64,000 nucleotides of DNA from NCBI GenBank assembly GCA_963751345.1, contig CAVVUS010000014.1:96001-160000 (forward strand), written 5' to 3'. The notes under the pieces were generated by a model. It saw nothing but the letters and a program-made list of their open reading frames with translations, was not told the DNA's origin and made no database searches. Shown one piece after another: positions 39,780 through 50,528 of this stretch (position 1 is its first letter; every line of letters begins with the position of its first letter). The stretch comes from an uncultured Chloroflexia bacterium (lineage in GTDB: Bacteria > Chloroflexota > Anaerolineae > B4-G1 > SLSP01). Made by a program: the position numbers and the translations under genes.

Positions 39780-40748
39780 TCAACTATATCCGTGATACGG
39801 ATCGAACATCTCCCCCACACTTCGCCCGAGGTGCACACGCTGGATGACGCCCGACAGGAGTGGGGCGACCGAGATAATCGTCATGTTGGGCATCTTCTTC
39901 TCCGGCGGAATCGGCACCGAGTCGGTCATGACAAGCTCGGTGAATGGGTGTCGCCGGAGTTGATCGACCGCATCGGCCGAGAGAATCGCGTGCACAAAGC
40001 AGCCATAGATGTCGCGCACGCCCGCCTGAGACAGCGCCGAAGCCGCATCGCAGATCGTACCGGCCGTATCGACCTCGTCGTCCACAATGATGGCGTCCTT
40101 GCCCGACACCTCCCCGATGACCGTCAGCGCCTCGGTACGCATGTCGATCCGTCGCTTCTCCACAAAGGCGACAGGGAGATCGAGCTCGGTGGCAAACGTG
40201 CGTGCCTTCTTCGCAAAGCCCAGATCGGCCGCAACCACCACAGCGTTCTGCAAATCCTTCTGCCGCATATAGTCGGCCAGCAGCGGGAACGCCGTGATAA
40301 CGTCACCCGGGATGCTGAAGAAGCCCTGGATCTGGCCCGAATGCAGGTCCAGCGTAATGTAGCGGTCGGCGCCTGCAGCGCCGATCATGTCAGCGACGAG
40401 GCGGGCCGTGATCGGGATGCGCGGTTGGTCCTTCTTGTCGGAACGTGCGTAGCCCAGATAGGGAATGACCGCCGTTACCCGCCCGGCCGACGCACGCTTC
40501 AGCGTATCGATGAAGATCAACAATTCCATCAGGTTATCATTGGTGGGCGCTGACGTGGTCTGGATGATGAAGACGTCTTGACCGCGCACGCTGGAACCGA
40601 GGCGAACGAAAAGGTTGGTGTTGGGGTAGGTAATCACCTCACGCTTACATAGGTTGCGGTCGAGATACTTGGCAATCTGGGAAGCCAAATCAGGAGAGCC
40701 GGTCCCGCCATATAAGAGGATTTCACTAGCACATCCTACGTCTGCCAT
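39780..40748 (-). CDS. prs: Ribose-phosphate pyrophosphokinase
   Basis: SVRGQDVFIIQ, NDNLMELL, VIPYLGYARSDKK, DLHSGQIQGFF, IVDDEVDTAGT. Confidence 0.96.
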   Translation of the reverse strand: MADVGCASEILLYGGTGSPDLASQIAKYLDRNLCKREVITYPNTNLFVRLGSSVRGQDVFIIQTTSAPTNDNLMELLIFIDTLKRASAGRVTAVIPYLGYARSDKKDQPRIPITARLVADMIGAAGADRYITLDLHSGQIQGFFSIPGDVITAFPLLADYMRQKDLQNAVVVAADLGFAKKARTFATELDLPVAFVEKRRIDMRTEALTVIGEVSGKDAIIVDDEVDTAGTICDAASALSQAGVRDIYGCFVHAILSADAVDQLRRHPFTELVMTDSVPIPPEKKMPNMTIISVAPLLSGVIQRVHLGRSVGEMFDPYHGYS

Positions 40749-40810
40749 CGAGGTCCCCCCTTGCGATTATGGTTAGAATACAGCTAATGCGTTTGAACCC
40801 TACGCTTCGC

Positions 40811-41810
40811 TCAGGACAGGCTGTGCGAACGTTCCAGCGCGGCAGCCAGCAACTCCCGTGCGACCGATGCCGGATCCTGCTCACGACGTAGAACGGTCGA
40901 CACTGCGGCGTCGACTTGCTCCTCGTCCAATCGTCCAGCGATCCACGCCCGCAGGTAACACTGCAACCAAGTCTCTACCTCTGCCCGGGCCTGACGAGAG
41001 CGTAGAAGCTCCCATCCGCCACTCGATTCGAGGTAGGCACGGTGCCGGCCAATCGCCTCCACCAGCGCGCCGATCCCGCTCCGCTTCAAGGGCACTGGTC
41101 TCGAGCACAGGAACCGCCCAGCCGGCATCCCCTTCCCCCAATCCGAGAATCTGCATCTGCGCGGCACGCAGCGCCTGGACCGTCCGGTGAGCCTCCGGGC
41201 GATCTGCCTTATTGACGACGATGATGTCCGCGATCTCCATCAGGCCCGCTTTGAGCGCCTGAACGTCATCCCCCATGCCGGGTGCCTCGACCAGCACGAC
41301 CGTGTGGGCAACTCGGGCGACATCGACCTGGACCTGACCGGCGCCCACGGTCTCCACGAGGATCATAGGGATGCCCAGGGCGTCGAGAACTGTGACCACC
41401 CCACGGGTCGCGTGGGCAATGCCACCCGGATGTCCCCTTGAGGCCATACTGCGGATGAACACACCCGGATCGTCGGTCAGATCACGCATTCTCAGTCGAT
41501 CGCCCAACAATGCGCCGCCGGAAAAGGGGCTGGTCGGATCCACAGCCACGACGGCTACCTCTAGTGCTTTGAGACGGAACTCCCGGACGACCTCGTTGAC
41601 CAGGGTGCTTTTGCCGGCGCCCGTCGACCCCGTGAAGCCGACGATGTGCGCTTGTCCTGAACGGGGATAGAGCTCCGCCAACGCGGTCTGGCCCTCGGGG
41701 TGGCCGTTTTCAACCAGGGTCAGGAGGCGAGCCGTCGCACGCCGATCGCCCTTCAGCGCCTGAGAGACGAGGTGCAGGCCATCGGGAAGCTGCCTAGACG
41801 CTTTCGTCAA
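40811..41810 (-). CDS. meaB: Methylmalonyl-CoA mutase-associated GTPase (MeaB/ArgK); frameshift ~41090
   Basis: [45 protein letters not shown]. Confidence 0.93.
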
Positions 41811-42225
41811 AGGCGTCGCCTTCCACCGTCTCGCGTATGCAGGAGATAATGGATTGGGTCGTGGTGCCGGGGCCGAAAATCATCGCCACGCCCATCGCAT
41901 GGAGCTCGGGGATATCGTCTTGGGGAATGATGCCGCCCAGGAAGACCGGGACATCGTCCAGGCCGCGCTGGCGGAGCGCCTCAATAATCCGGGGGACCAA
42001 CGCCATATGTGCGCCGGACAGGATTGAGAGGCCTACGATATCAACGTCCTCCTGCAGCGCCGCCTCTGCCACCATCGAGGGGGTCTGCCGTAGTCCGGTG
42101 TAGATGACCTCCATCCCGGCATCCCGCAGGGCGCGAGCAACGATCTTTGCCCCTCGATCGTGGCCATCCAGCCCCGGCTTGGCAATCAATACACGAATCT
42201 TGCCGCTCAACGCCTCGTCTCTCAA
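41794..42225 (-). CDS. Cobalamin-binding domain protein (methylmalonyl-CoA mutase small subunit type); start may be ~42210
   Basis: [27 protein letters not shown]. Confidence 0.93.
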   Translation of the reverse strand: MRDEALSGKIRVLIAKPGLDGHDRGAKIVARALRDAGMEVIYTGLRQTPSMVAEAALQEDVDIVGLSILSGAHMALVPRIIEALRQRGLDDVPVFLGGIIPQDDIPELHAMGVAMIFGPGTTTQSIISCIRETVEGDAFDESV

Positions 42226-42270
42226 TCCCGACTCCCCTCACATAAAGGCGTCGTCAAGGGTTCGCCAGGC

Positions 42271-42870
42271 CTACAGCTTAGCACCGCAATTGACGCACAA
42301 CGTGGCTTCAGGATCGTTGAGAAACCCGCACCGTCCACAGACGATAGGCTGCGCCTCCGCCAACGGCGCCTGACATGCCTTGCAGTTCTGGGCGCCGATA
42401 TCATTCGGCGTACCACAATAGGGGCAGATGACGTGCATGAGCGTGCCCGCAACGCCACGCGCGCTTCCCTGGGCCTGGCAGTACTCATCAACAGCCTTCC
42501 ACACCTCAGAGCGCAGGCCCAGCCAGCGTACATTGCGTGCAATATCATCAAGATCGCCGAGGAGTCGGAAAGGGTTGAGCCAAGCCTGCACGCCACTCTT
42601 GGCCATATCCGCCGCGACGCTCAGCAGCTTCTGCTCACTGACCGCTACGGTGATCCCCGTAGCGGTGGGCGAAATATGGATGGTCACCGCGGTCGTCGGA
42701 TCTTCGTACTCCATCTGACGGTTCTGGATCTGCACGACGGCACGGCCGGCATCCCCCGCTAACCAGTGAGCCTGGGTCTCTCCCTCGTTGAAGCGCAGTA
42801 CGAGGTCCTGGGCAAGTTCTTTCGGATCGAGCTGACCGTGGTAGGCTCGCTGCTCAACCTTCTCCGGCAT
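42271..42870 (-). CDS. Double zinc-ribbon domain protein
   Basis: Four CxxC pairs at the C-terminus (CPYC, CKAC, CGRC, CVNC). Confidence 0.85.
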   Translation of the reverse strand: MPEKVEQRAYHGQLDPKELAQDLVLRFNEGETQAHWLAGDAGRAVVQIQNRQMEYEDPTTAVTIHISPTATGITVAVSEQKLLSVAADMAKSGVQAWLNPFRLLGDLDDIARNVRWLGLRSEVWKAVDEYCQAQGSARGVAGTLMHVICPYCGTPNDIGAQNCKACQAPLAEAQPIVCGRCGFLNDPEATLCVNCGAKL

Positions 42871-42887
42871 ATTGTGACTCCCCTGAT

Positions 42888-43157
42888 TTACCCGAGTTGG
42901 ACAAAGTCCTCAGCGGGCAAAACGAAGATGGTCGCCTTGTGCTCATTCGGGTTCTCAGGTGGGCGACAAGCCGCCTGGATTGTCGCAAAGAGCAACTCCA
43001 GTTGCTCCTGATCCACGCCAATCAGCAGCGTCACGTTCCCGCGGCGCAAGAACCCACCGGTACTCGCTATGCGCGTCATCCGGAAATCGTTCTCGACGAG
43101 GGCATCTGAAACGTCCATGGCATCCGAATCCTTGACGATCGCGACAACTAGTTTCAT
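42888..43157 (-). CDS. Cyclic-di-AMP receptor DarA/PstA (PII-like), short B-loop form
   Basis: MKLVVAIV..., TRIASTGGFLRRGNVTLLIGV, ATIFVL. Confidence 0.9.
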   Translation of the reverse strand: MKLVVAIVKDSDAMDVSDALVENDFRMTRIASTGGFLRRGNVTLLIGVDQEQLELLFATIQAACRPPENPNEHKATIFVLPAEDFVQLG

Positions 43158-43168
43158 CTCTGCTCTCC

Positions 43169-43510
43169 TCACAATTGCACAAAGCGCTCGACCGGCAGCA
43201 CAAAGACCGTCGCACCCCCTACCCGTGCTTCGATCATCATTGGATAACCCGGTGAGAGGGACAGCTCGACACCCATCGGCACATAGCGGATTCGGCTGGG
43301 ACACTTCTCACGAACCAATGAGAAAAAGATCGGCAAGCGCGGCTCAGACATCCCAACAACCAGCGTGACCATAGCTTCGTGCAGGAAACCACCGACGGCA
43401 TCCAAGGTGGTTACCGGGAACTGTTGCTCGTTGAGGGCCTTCAGGAGATCCTTTGACTGCCCTCCATCGATTATGGTGATGGCCATGCGATCGATTTGCT
43501 CGTCAGGCAT
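43169..43510 (-). CDS. Second DarA/PstA-like PII-fold protein, divergent
   Basis: AVGGFLHEAMVTLVVG, C.SR, VGGATVFVLPVERF. Confidence 0.85.
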   Translation of the reverse strand: MPDEQIDRMAITIIDGGQSKDLLKALNEQQFPVTTLDAVGGFLHEAMVTLVVGMSEPRLPIFFSLVREKCPSRIRYVPMGVELSLSPGYPMMIEARVGGATVFVLPVERFVQL

Positions 43511-43633
43511 ACGTGTCTCCCCCGTGAGGTTGCAGGTCTATCTTCCGTTGATTATAATGCCTTTGCAGTGATTTGTAAAAGAATAGGGAGCTGAACTTTG
43601 CCGAAATCCACCACCAGCCGGGAGCCCGACGAT

Positions 43634-44422
43634 ATGGCCGAACGCAACTACGTGAGTGCCGGGGATCTCGTGCTCCTGACCGGGAGTGACCGGAAACCCG
43701 CGATCGTCCGCATGCAGTCAGGCCTCGAGTACCAAACACATCACGGCGTCGTCACTCACGATGCGATCATCGGTCGCCGCTGGGGTGAAACCGTCGAGAC
43801 GCATTTGGGTTACGGCTACACGATTCTACCGCCCTCGCTCGATGAGATGATCCGCGACGTCCGCCGTGTCACGCAGATCATCTACCCCAAAGAGATCGGC
43901 TATATGCTGATGAAGATGAACATCGGGCCCGGCACGCGCGTGCTCGAAGCCGGGACGGGCAGCGGAGGACTGACCTTGGCGCTGGCGCGCATGGTCCAGT
44001 CCGAAGGCCACGTCTACAGCTATGAGGTGCGACCGGAGATGCAGGCCATCGCCGAGAACAATCTATTGCGAGTCGGCCTGGCTGGCTACGTCACCTTCAA
44101 AGTCCGCGACATCGAGGAGGGCTTCGACGAGCAAGGGCTCGACGCTGCCATCCTCGATGTGCGGGAGCCGTGGCTCTATCTCGAACAGGTCCACGCAGCA
44201 CTCCGCGGCGGCGGCTTCTTCTGCAGCCTGGTGCCGACCATCAACCAGGTAGGCGTGCTGCTGCGAAACCTCGAGATGCGGCCCTTTGGCTTCACCGAGG
44301 TCGAGGAACTGTTGCTGCGTCCCTATAAACCGATTCCCGCTCGGCTGCGACCGGTCGATCGGATGGTCGCCCACACCGGATATCTGATCTTCGCCCGCGC
44401 GCTGCTGCCGGCCGAGGAGTAG
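43634..44422 (+). CDS. trmI: tRNA (adenine58-N1)-methyltransferase
   Basis: THHG, TQIIYPKE, VLEAGTGSGGLT, LDVREPW, MVAHTGYL. Confidence 0.93.
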   Translation: MAERNYVSAGDLVLLTGSDRKPAIVRMQSGLEYQTHHGVVTHDAIIGRRWGETVETHLGYGYTILPPSLDEMIRDVRRVTQIIYPKEIGYMLMKMNIGPGTRVLEAGTGSGGLTLALARMVQSEGHVYSYEVRPEMQAIAENNLLRVGLAGYVTFKVRDIEEGFDEQGLDAAILDVREPWLYLEQVHAALRGGGFFCSLVPTINQVGVLLRNLEMRPFGFTEVEELLLRPYKPIPARLRPVDRMVAHTGYLIFARALLPAEE

Positions 44423-44465
44423 ACCACGACGCTTCGAACGGCCTCAGTCTTTAGCGTCCTCCAAG

Positions 44466-44536
44466 GTTAGTAGTAACGACTTCAGTCGTTCTGCCGGTGA
44501 CACCAACGGGAGACCGCTGAAGCGGTCACTACGAAC
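44466..44536. repeat. GTAG-type REP doublet between convergent genes
   Basis: GTAGTAACGACTTCAGTCGTT ... GACCGCTGAAGCGGTCACTAC. Confidence 0.8.
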
Positions 44537-44550
44537 CGGTCTGATCTTGA

Positions 44551-45600
44551 CTAGGTGACGGTGCCCCTGGCGGCGACGGGCCAGACCGCCTCGATGTGAC
44601 CGCCGCGCACGGCGACGACCTCGTCGAAGAGATTGCTGACCGGGCAGCAATGATTCGGGATCACCGTCACGCGCTCACCGATCTCGGGCTTGTGCGCGCA
44701 GGCCGAAAAGTCCACATGCCCGTGCTCCTCCGACATCGAGTAGAACCGTGCCTCCGGATACTCCAGGATCAGGCCGTGCCCCTCCAACCCCGAGAGGTCC
44801 GACGAGAAAGTCTTACTTCCCCCATCGAGGATACCGCGATCTGCGGTCGGCCGGCTGACGACGGTGCAGGCCACACTCAGGGCGATTTGATCGAGCGTCA
44901 TCGCGCCGGACCTGAGAGTCGCCCGGTCCCCGTAGACGTAGGTGCCCGCGCGGTACTCGGTGACCTCGGTCCGCTCGTGGGCAGACCATGCTGCCGGTGT
45001 CCCACCGTAGCTCACACAGGCGATCTCCAGCCCATCCGGGGCCAGCAACGCCCGCGTCGCGCGCACAAAGTCATCGCTCTCGGCGTTGTGCGGGAAGGTC
45101 ATCAGACCCCCAAAACTCAGGGCCGGTGCCTCCGCGACCGCCCGTGCCAGCTCCGCCGCCTCCTGCGGCGATTGCACGCCGCAGCGGTGGGCGCCGGTGT
45201 CGAACTCGACGAGTACCGGCAGCTCGATCCCGGCACGTCCGGCGGCCTCTGCGTAGCCCTGCACCGTGAATACAGAATCGCCCGTCACACTGAGCCGGAT
45301 GCGGCGGGCCAGCGCCATCAGCCGGTCGAGCTTGGCCGCACCGACGATGTTGTAGGGCAGGAAGATGTCGTCCAACCCGGCGTTCGCCATCGCCTCGGCC
45401 TCGCTCACCTTCTGACACGTGATGCCGACCGCGCCCGCCGCGAGCTGCTTGCGAGCAATGGCGGGAACTTTGTGCGTCTTGATATGCGGACGGTTGGCGA
45501 TCCCATGCGCGTCCAGGTATCCCTGCAGCCGGGCGATGTTCGCCTCCATCCGATCCAGGTCGATGACGACCACAGGCGTCATCAGGTCGTCGCTGCGCAT
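44551..45600 (-). CDS. D-threonine aldolase / DSD1-family PLP-dependent enzyme
   Basis: RPHIKTHK, GITCQKVSEAE, DTGAHRCG, EYRAGTY, SEEHG, IPNHCC. Confidence 0.9.
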   Translation of the reverse strand: MRSDDLMTPVVVIDLDRMEANIARLQGYLDAHGIANRPHIKTHKVPAIARKQLAAGAVGITCQKVSEAEAMANAGLDDIFLPYNIVGAAKLDRLMALARRIRLSVTGDSVFTVQGYAEAAGRAGIELPVLVEFDTGAHRCGVQSPQEAAELARAVAEAPALSFGGLMTFPHNAESDDFVRATRALLAPDGLEIACVSYGGTPAAWSAHERTEVTEYRAGTYVYGDRATLRSGAMTLDQIALSVACTVVSRPTADRGILDGGSKTFSSDLSGLEGHGLILEYPEARFYSMSEEHGHVDFSACAHKPEIGERVTVIPNHCCPVSNLFDEVVAVRGGHIEAVWPVAARGTVT

Positions 45601-45605
45601 CAGGG

Positions 45606-45992
45606 CTACTCCTGTGGGACGACGGCGATGCAGTCCACCTCGATCAGCATCCCACCGGAGAGCCCCGCACCCACCGTCGTACGGGCGGGATAGGGCTTCT
45701 GGAGGTATCGCTGGTAGACCTCGTTCATCTCCCCGAAGTTGCTCAGGTCGGCCAGGAAGACGCCCACGCGAACCACGTTGGCCCAGGACGTCCCCGCGGC
45801 CTCCAGCAGGGTGGTGATGTTGTCGAAGACCAACTCGGCCTGCTCGCGGAAGCTGCCGATCCGGAGCTCACCCGAGACGGGGTCGACCGGGCCCTGGCCT
45901 GAGACGTAGACGATTGGACCCCCAGCGACGATTGCCTGGGAATACGGACCCTTGGGCGTGGCACCCTTCTCTGTGAAGATTTCCTTGCGCAT
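45606..45992 (-). CDS. RidA family enamine/imine deaminase
   Basis: GPYSQAI, VSGQ, MNEVY, PARTTV (catalytic Arg), IEVDCIA. Confidence 0.93.
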   Translation of the reverse strand: MRKEIFTEKGATPKGPYSQAIVAGGPIVYVSGQGPVDPVSGELRIGSFREQAELVFDNITTLLEAAGTSWANVVRVGVFLADLSNFGEMNEVYQRYLQKPYPARTTVGAGLSGGMLIEVDCIAVVPQE

Positions 45993-46154
45993 TGTTGCCT
46001 CCTTTGGCGTGATAGGAATTAGGAATGGGTGAACTGGGATTGGGCCGAAAAGCCCACCGATGACAGATGCTGCTCCCTCTCCTGGGTCCGATTATACACA
46101 AGGTGCGCCGCTCAGATAGTGGGCCGAACCCGGCCCATTCCCTTCACGACGGTT

Positions 46155-46187
46155 ACCTTCCGGGTTGCTCGGAGCAACCCGGAAGAT
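46155..46187. repeat. REP-like palindrome
   Basis: ACCTTCCGGGTTGCTC-G-GAGCAACCCGGAAGAT, related to 5382-5427. Confidence 0.7.
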
Positions 46188-46223
46188 CAGACACGACTAC
46201 CCCCGAAAATCCAGAAAAAGGGC

Positions 46224-46278
46224 TTGCATTAGAACATAAGTTCTACTATAATGGGAATATAGGATAGAACGTTTGATC
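46224..46278 (+). promoter_or_regulatory. Sigma70 promoter with two LexA (SOS) boxes
   Basis: TTGCAT-N17-TATAAT (46224-46252); AGAACATAAGTTCT in the spacer (46231-46244); second box AGAACGTTTGATCT (46266-46279, one mismatch). Confidence 0.85.
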
Positions 46279-46301
46279 TATGCAAATCAAAAGGGAGGGG
46301 C

Positions 46302-46466
46302 ATGATGGTACGGCGCGAACCAAGGTGGAAACTGATTGATTGGTGGTCACTGGGCATCGCCAGCGCGGTCTTGCTCTTGGCGTTTGTGCTGCAACTGGGG
46401 CCGTCCGCAGACCAGGGGACGACCCTGGCGTCGACGGTCCTGGGCTTCCTGCAGTTTCTGTTCTGA
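46302..46466 (+). CDS. Small (54 aa) predicted membrane protein, not in the ORF track
   Basis: RBS GGGAGGGG; MMVRREPRWKLIDWWSLGIASAVLLLAFVLQLGPSADQGTTLASTVLGFLQFLF; directly after a near-consensus promoter. Confidence 0.75.
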   Translation: MMVRREPRWKLIDWWSLGIASAVLLLAFVLQLGPSADQGTTLASTVLGFLQFLF

Positions 46467-46520
46467 ATGTAGTGCGGGGCCGCGGCACGGTTCGATTTTG
46501 GGTATGACCCCAGTCCTTAC

Positions 46521-47309
46521 CTAACTTCTTCGCTTCGCCAGGAAGTCGAGGACGGCCCGATCAAAGGAAGCCGGTACCAGCAGGTTGGATGGGTCGCCCC
46601 CACCTTGCAGGATCCGGAATTGCGCGCCGGGGATACGATCCGCGGTGGTGCGCGCCATATTGATGGCAAGCTTCCCAAATGCGTCGCCAACCAGGACGAG
46701 CGTGGGCAGATCCATTTTGGGCAACTCGGTGATCACTGAAAAACGATTGACTTCCCGCCGTGCCTCGAGCAGCCAGCGCGAGGGCATCACCAGCAGGCGG
46801 CCGGCAAGGTACTGCCCCACCTCCGCGTGGCCCATCCTCTTGTACGTCCGGCGGATGAGGTAGGCCTGCAGCTTCGGCGGGAAGAACTTCAGGAGGAACC
46901 CCGCCAGCGACGCGTTGAACCGCTCCACAGGGCGGATGATGCCGCTCAGCGAGTCGACGAGGATCTGGCTGAGCGCGAGGGCGGGGTCGTTGACGACGAA
47001 CTGCTGCGCCACCATGCCGCCCATACTCACCCCGATGAGATGGGCGCGCCCCAGTTGGAGGATGGACACCAGATCGGTCAGATCGCGGGCGCAGTCATTG
47101 ATGCGGAAGGTGGATGGGATCTCGGATTGCCCGTGACCGCGCAGATCCGGGACAATGACGAAGTACCCCGCCGCAGGCAGAGACGTGATTTGCGGCTCCC
47201 ACATCGCGTGATCTGCCCCAATACCATGAATCAGCATAAGCGGCGGCGATGCAGGATCCCCATGGGTCTCGTAGTACAACGAGAGTTGGTCAAATGATTG
47301 GTAGTTCAC
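46521..47309 (-). CDS. Alpha/beta hydrolase (PcaD/enol-lactonase-like)
   Basis: LIHGIG, PDLRGHGQS, GVSMGG; the usual catalytic His position reads GDPSN, so it may be atypical. Confidence 0.85.
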   Translation of the reverse strand: MNYQSFDQLSLYYETHGDPASPPLMLIHGIGADHAMWEPQITSLPAAGYFVIVPDLRGHGQSEIPSTFRINDCARDLTDLVSILQLGRAHLIGVSMGGMVAQQFVVNDPALALSQILVDSLSGIIRPVERFNASLAGFLLKFFPPKLQAYLIRRTYKRMGHAEVGQYLAGRLLVMPSRWLLEARREVNRFSVITELPKMDLPTLVLVGDAFGKLAINMARTTADRIPGAQFRILQGGGDPSNLLVPASFDRAVLDFLAKRRS

Positions 47310-47322
47310 ACCTGTACTCGCG

Positions 47323-47943
47323 TCATGGATGTAGGTTGACCCTCACGGCTTCGGTATCCGGTGGCGAATCCGTCGCGTCGATGGGGGGCATCCTGCGCAG
47401 CCATACAAGCTGTCGAACGGCGGAGGTCACCCCGGCGACCGCCACGCCGGCAATAAAGGCGGATCCTGAAAGCACCGCAAGTACGATAAGAAACCCGGCC
47501 AGGGCCAGGTAACGTCCCATCTGGACGAGATAGCCCGTGCGTAGATGCATAGAGATCCTGCCATGTATGCCCCGCCGTGAGGCGCGATAGCCAAGGAGAT
47601 TGCCAACGTGCGTGGTGATGACGATGAGGAAGAGTCCCCAAACGTAACCGATGAACGGCACGCGCAGCTCCTGCGGGATAAAGTACAGCGCAGCGCCCAC
47701 CACGATACCGATGATCAATGCGGGGATCAGATGCCTTGGCGCCGCGATCTTCTCCTCCTTAACCGCCGATTGGAGCAGAGGGTTGCCCTCGACCGTGTTG
47801 ATGGGATAGCTCTGGTAGTGCTCACCATAGTGGAGACGCAGCTCCCGATTCTGCAGAATTGTGAGCAACCAATCCCCCCACATGAGAAAGAAGGTGACGA
47901 TACCAGCCGTCCAAGAGTGAGCCGCAAACCAATCGATGATCAA
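47323..47943 (-). CDS. Hypothetical multi-pass membrane protein
   Basis: 206-aa ORF with about five hydrophobic segments, co-oriented with the hydrolase. Confidence 0.7.
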   Translation of the reverse strand: MIIDWFAAHSWTAGIVTFFLMWGDWLLTILQNRELRLHYGEHYQSYPINTVEGNPLLQSAVKEEKIAAPRHLIPALIIGIVVGAALYFIPQELRVPFIGYVWGLFLIVITTHVGNLLGYRASRRGIHGRISMHLRTGYLVQMGRYLALAGFLIVLAVLSGSAFIAGVAVAGVTSAVRQLVWLRRMPPIDATDSPPDTEAVRVNLHP

Positions 47944-47999
47944 AGCTACCTCCCCACAGTGTTTGCCCTAATCATAGCGCCAATGTATGAAACGGGACA

Positions 48000-48044
48000 A
48001 ACAAAAGCCAGGCGGCTGATGGGATCTCTCCTCCATCAGCCGCC
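48000..48044 (-). terminator. Intrinsic terminator after glmS
   Basis: GGCGGCTGATGG...CCATCAGCCGCC hairpin with a downstream U-rich tract on the minus strand. Confidence 0.65.
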
Positions 48045-48111
48045 CGCACGAAGCTGTCCCGAAGGATGCAGCCTCTCATTTGTGCGCAGAGCGTGTGGTT
48101 GAGCCTTATCC

Positions 48112-49956
<1,845 letters not shown>

Positions 49957-50148
49957 AGTTCCACCTCCCGTATTATTTACACGATCGACAATGGCATTGC
50001 ATGAGAGGCGCGCGTGACAAAACAGAACGAGTGACGGATAGTGGCAAGCAATGGAGTACGACCGCATCCTAAGCGAGCAGCTCTACGAGCCCTCACTCGC
50101 TACTCGTCACGCATAGCCTCATCCCACCGGAGGTCGGTGGACTGCCCT

Positions 50149-50350
50149 GCCTCACGCTCTATCCCCGACAGTTACCTGCCGGCTTTGTAGTGAGGCTTAC
50201 TTCTAGGGGGAAATAGGGGAGGGCATAGTATCCCCTGACGGTCATCCGCCGAAGTGTACAGACTCCTTCGTCCATACATCACTCGATCAACCGTCTCCTC
50301 GTCATCCGCAAAGGCCTGGTAAACAAGCCCCGGGACCTGGCGCTGTTTCC
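50149..50350 (-). ncRNA. glmS ribozyme (GlcN6P-activated)
   Basis: Minus strand A^GCGCCAG (A at 50344), GACGAGG, AUCGAG...UCGGCGGAUG, P4 UACAAAGCCGGCAG-GUAA-CUGUCGG; lies upstream of glmS. Confidence 0.92.
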
Positions 50351-50454
50351 CCAACTATGTCAGTTACATCCGTTCGATACCACCTCCTCTGTTAAAAAGA
50401 ACATCAGTATCTTCATAATACACCCGTTATCACGAGAACGCAAGTAGCAACTAC

Positions 50455-50497
50455 AGAAAAGACGATCCCCGGGCTATCGATTCAGCCCGGGGATCGT
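50455..50497 (-). terminator. Intrinsic terminator after the ABC operon
   Basis: ACGATCCCCGGGCT...AGCCCGGGGATCGT followed by CUUUUCU. Confidence 0.7.
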
Positions 50498-50528
50498 AAC
50501 GGCTATCCCATCGACCGAAAAGGTCGGT

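Noticed and set aside
40797-40822. CCCTACGCTTCGCTCAGGACAGGCT at the meaB 3' end, resembling a known dispersed repeat half-site
   Set aside because: Single partial copy in the window; cannot be supported as an element without a genome-wide search.
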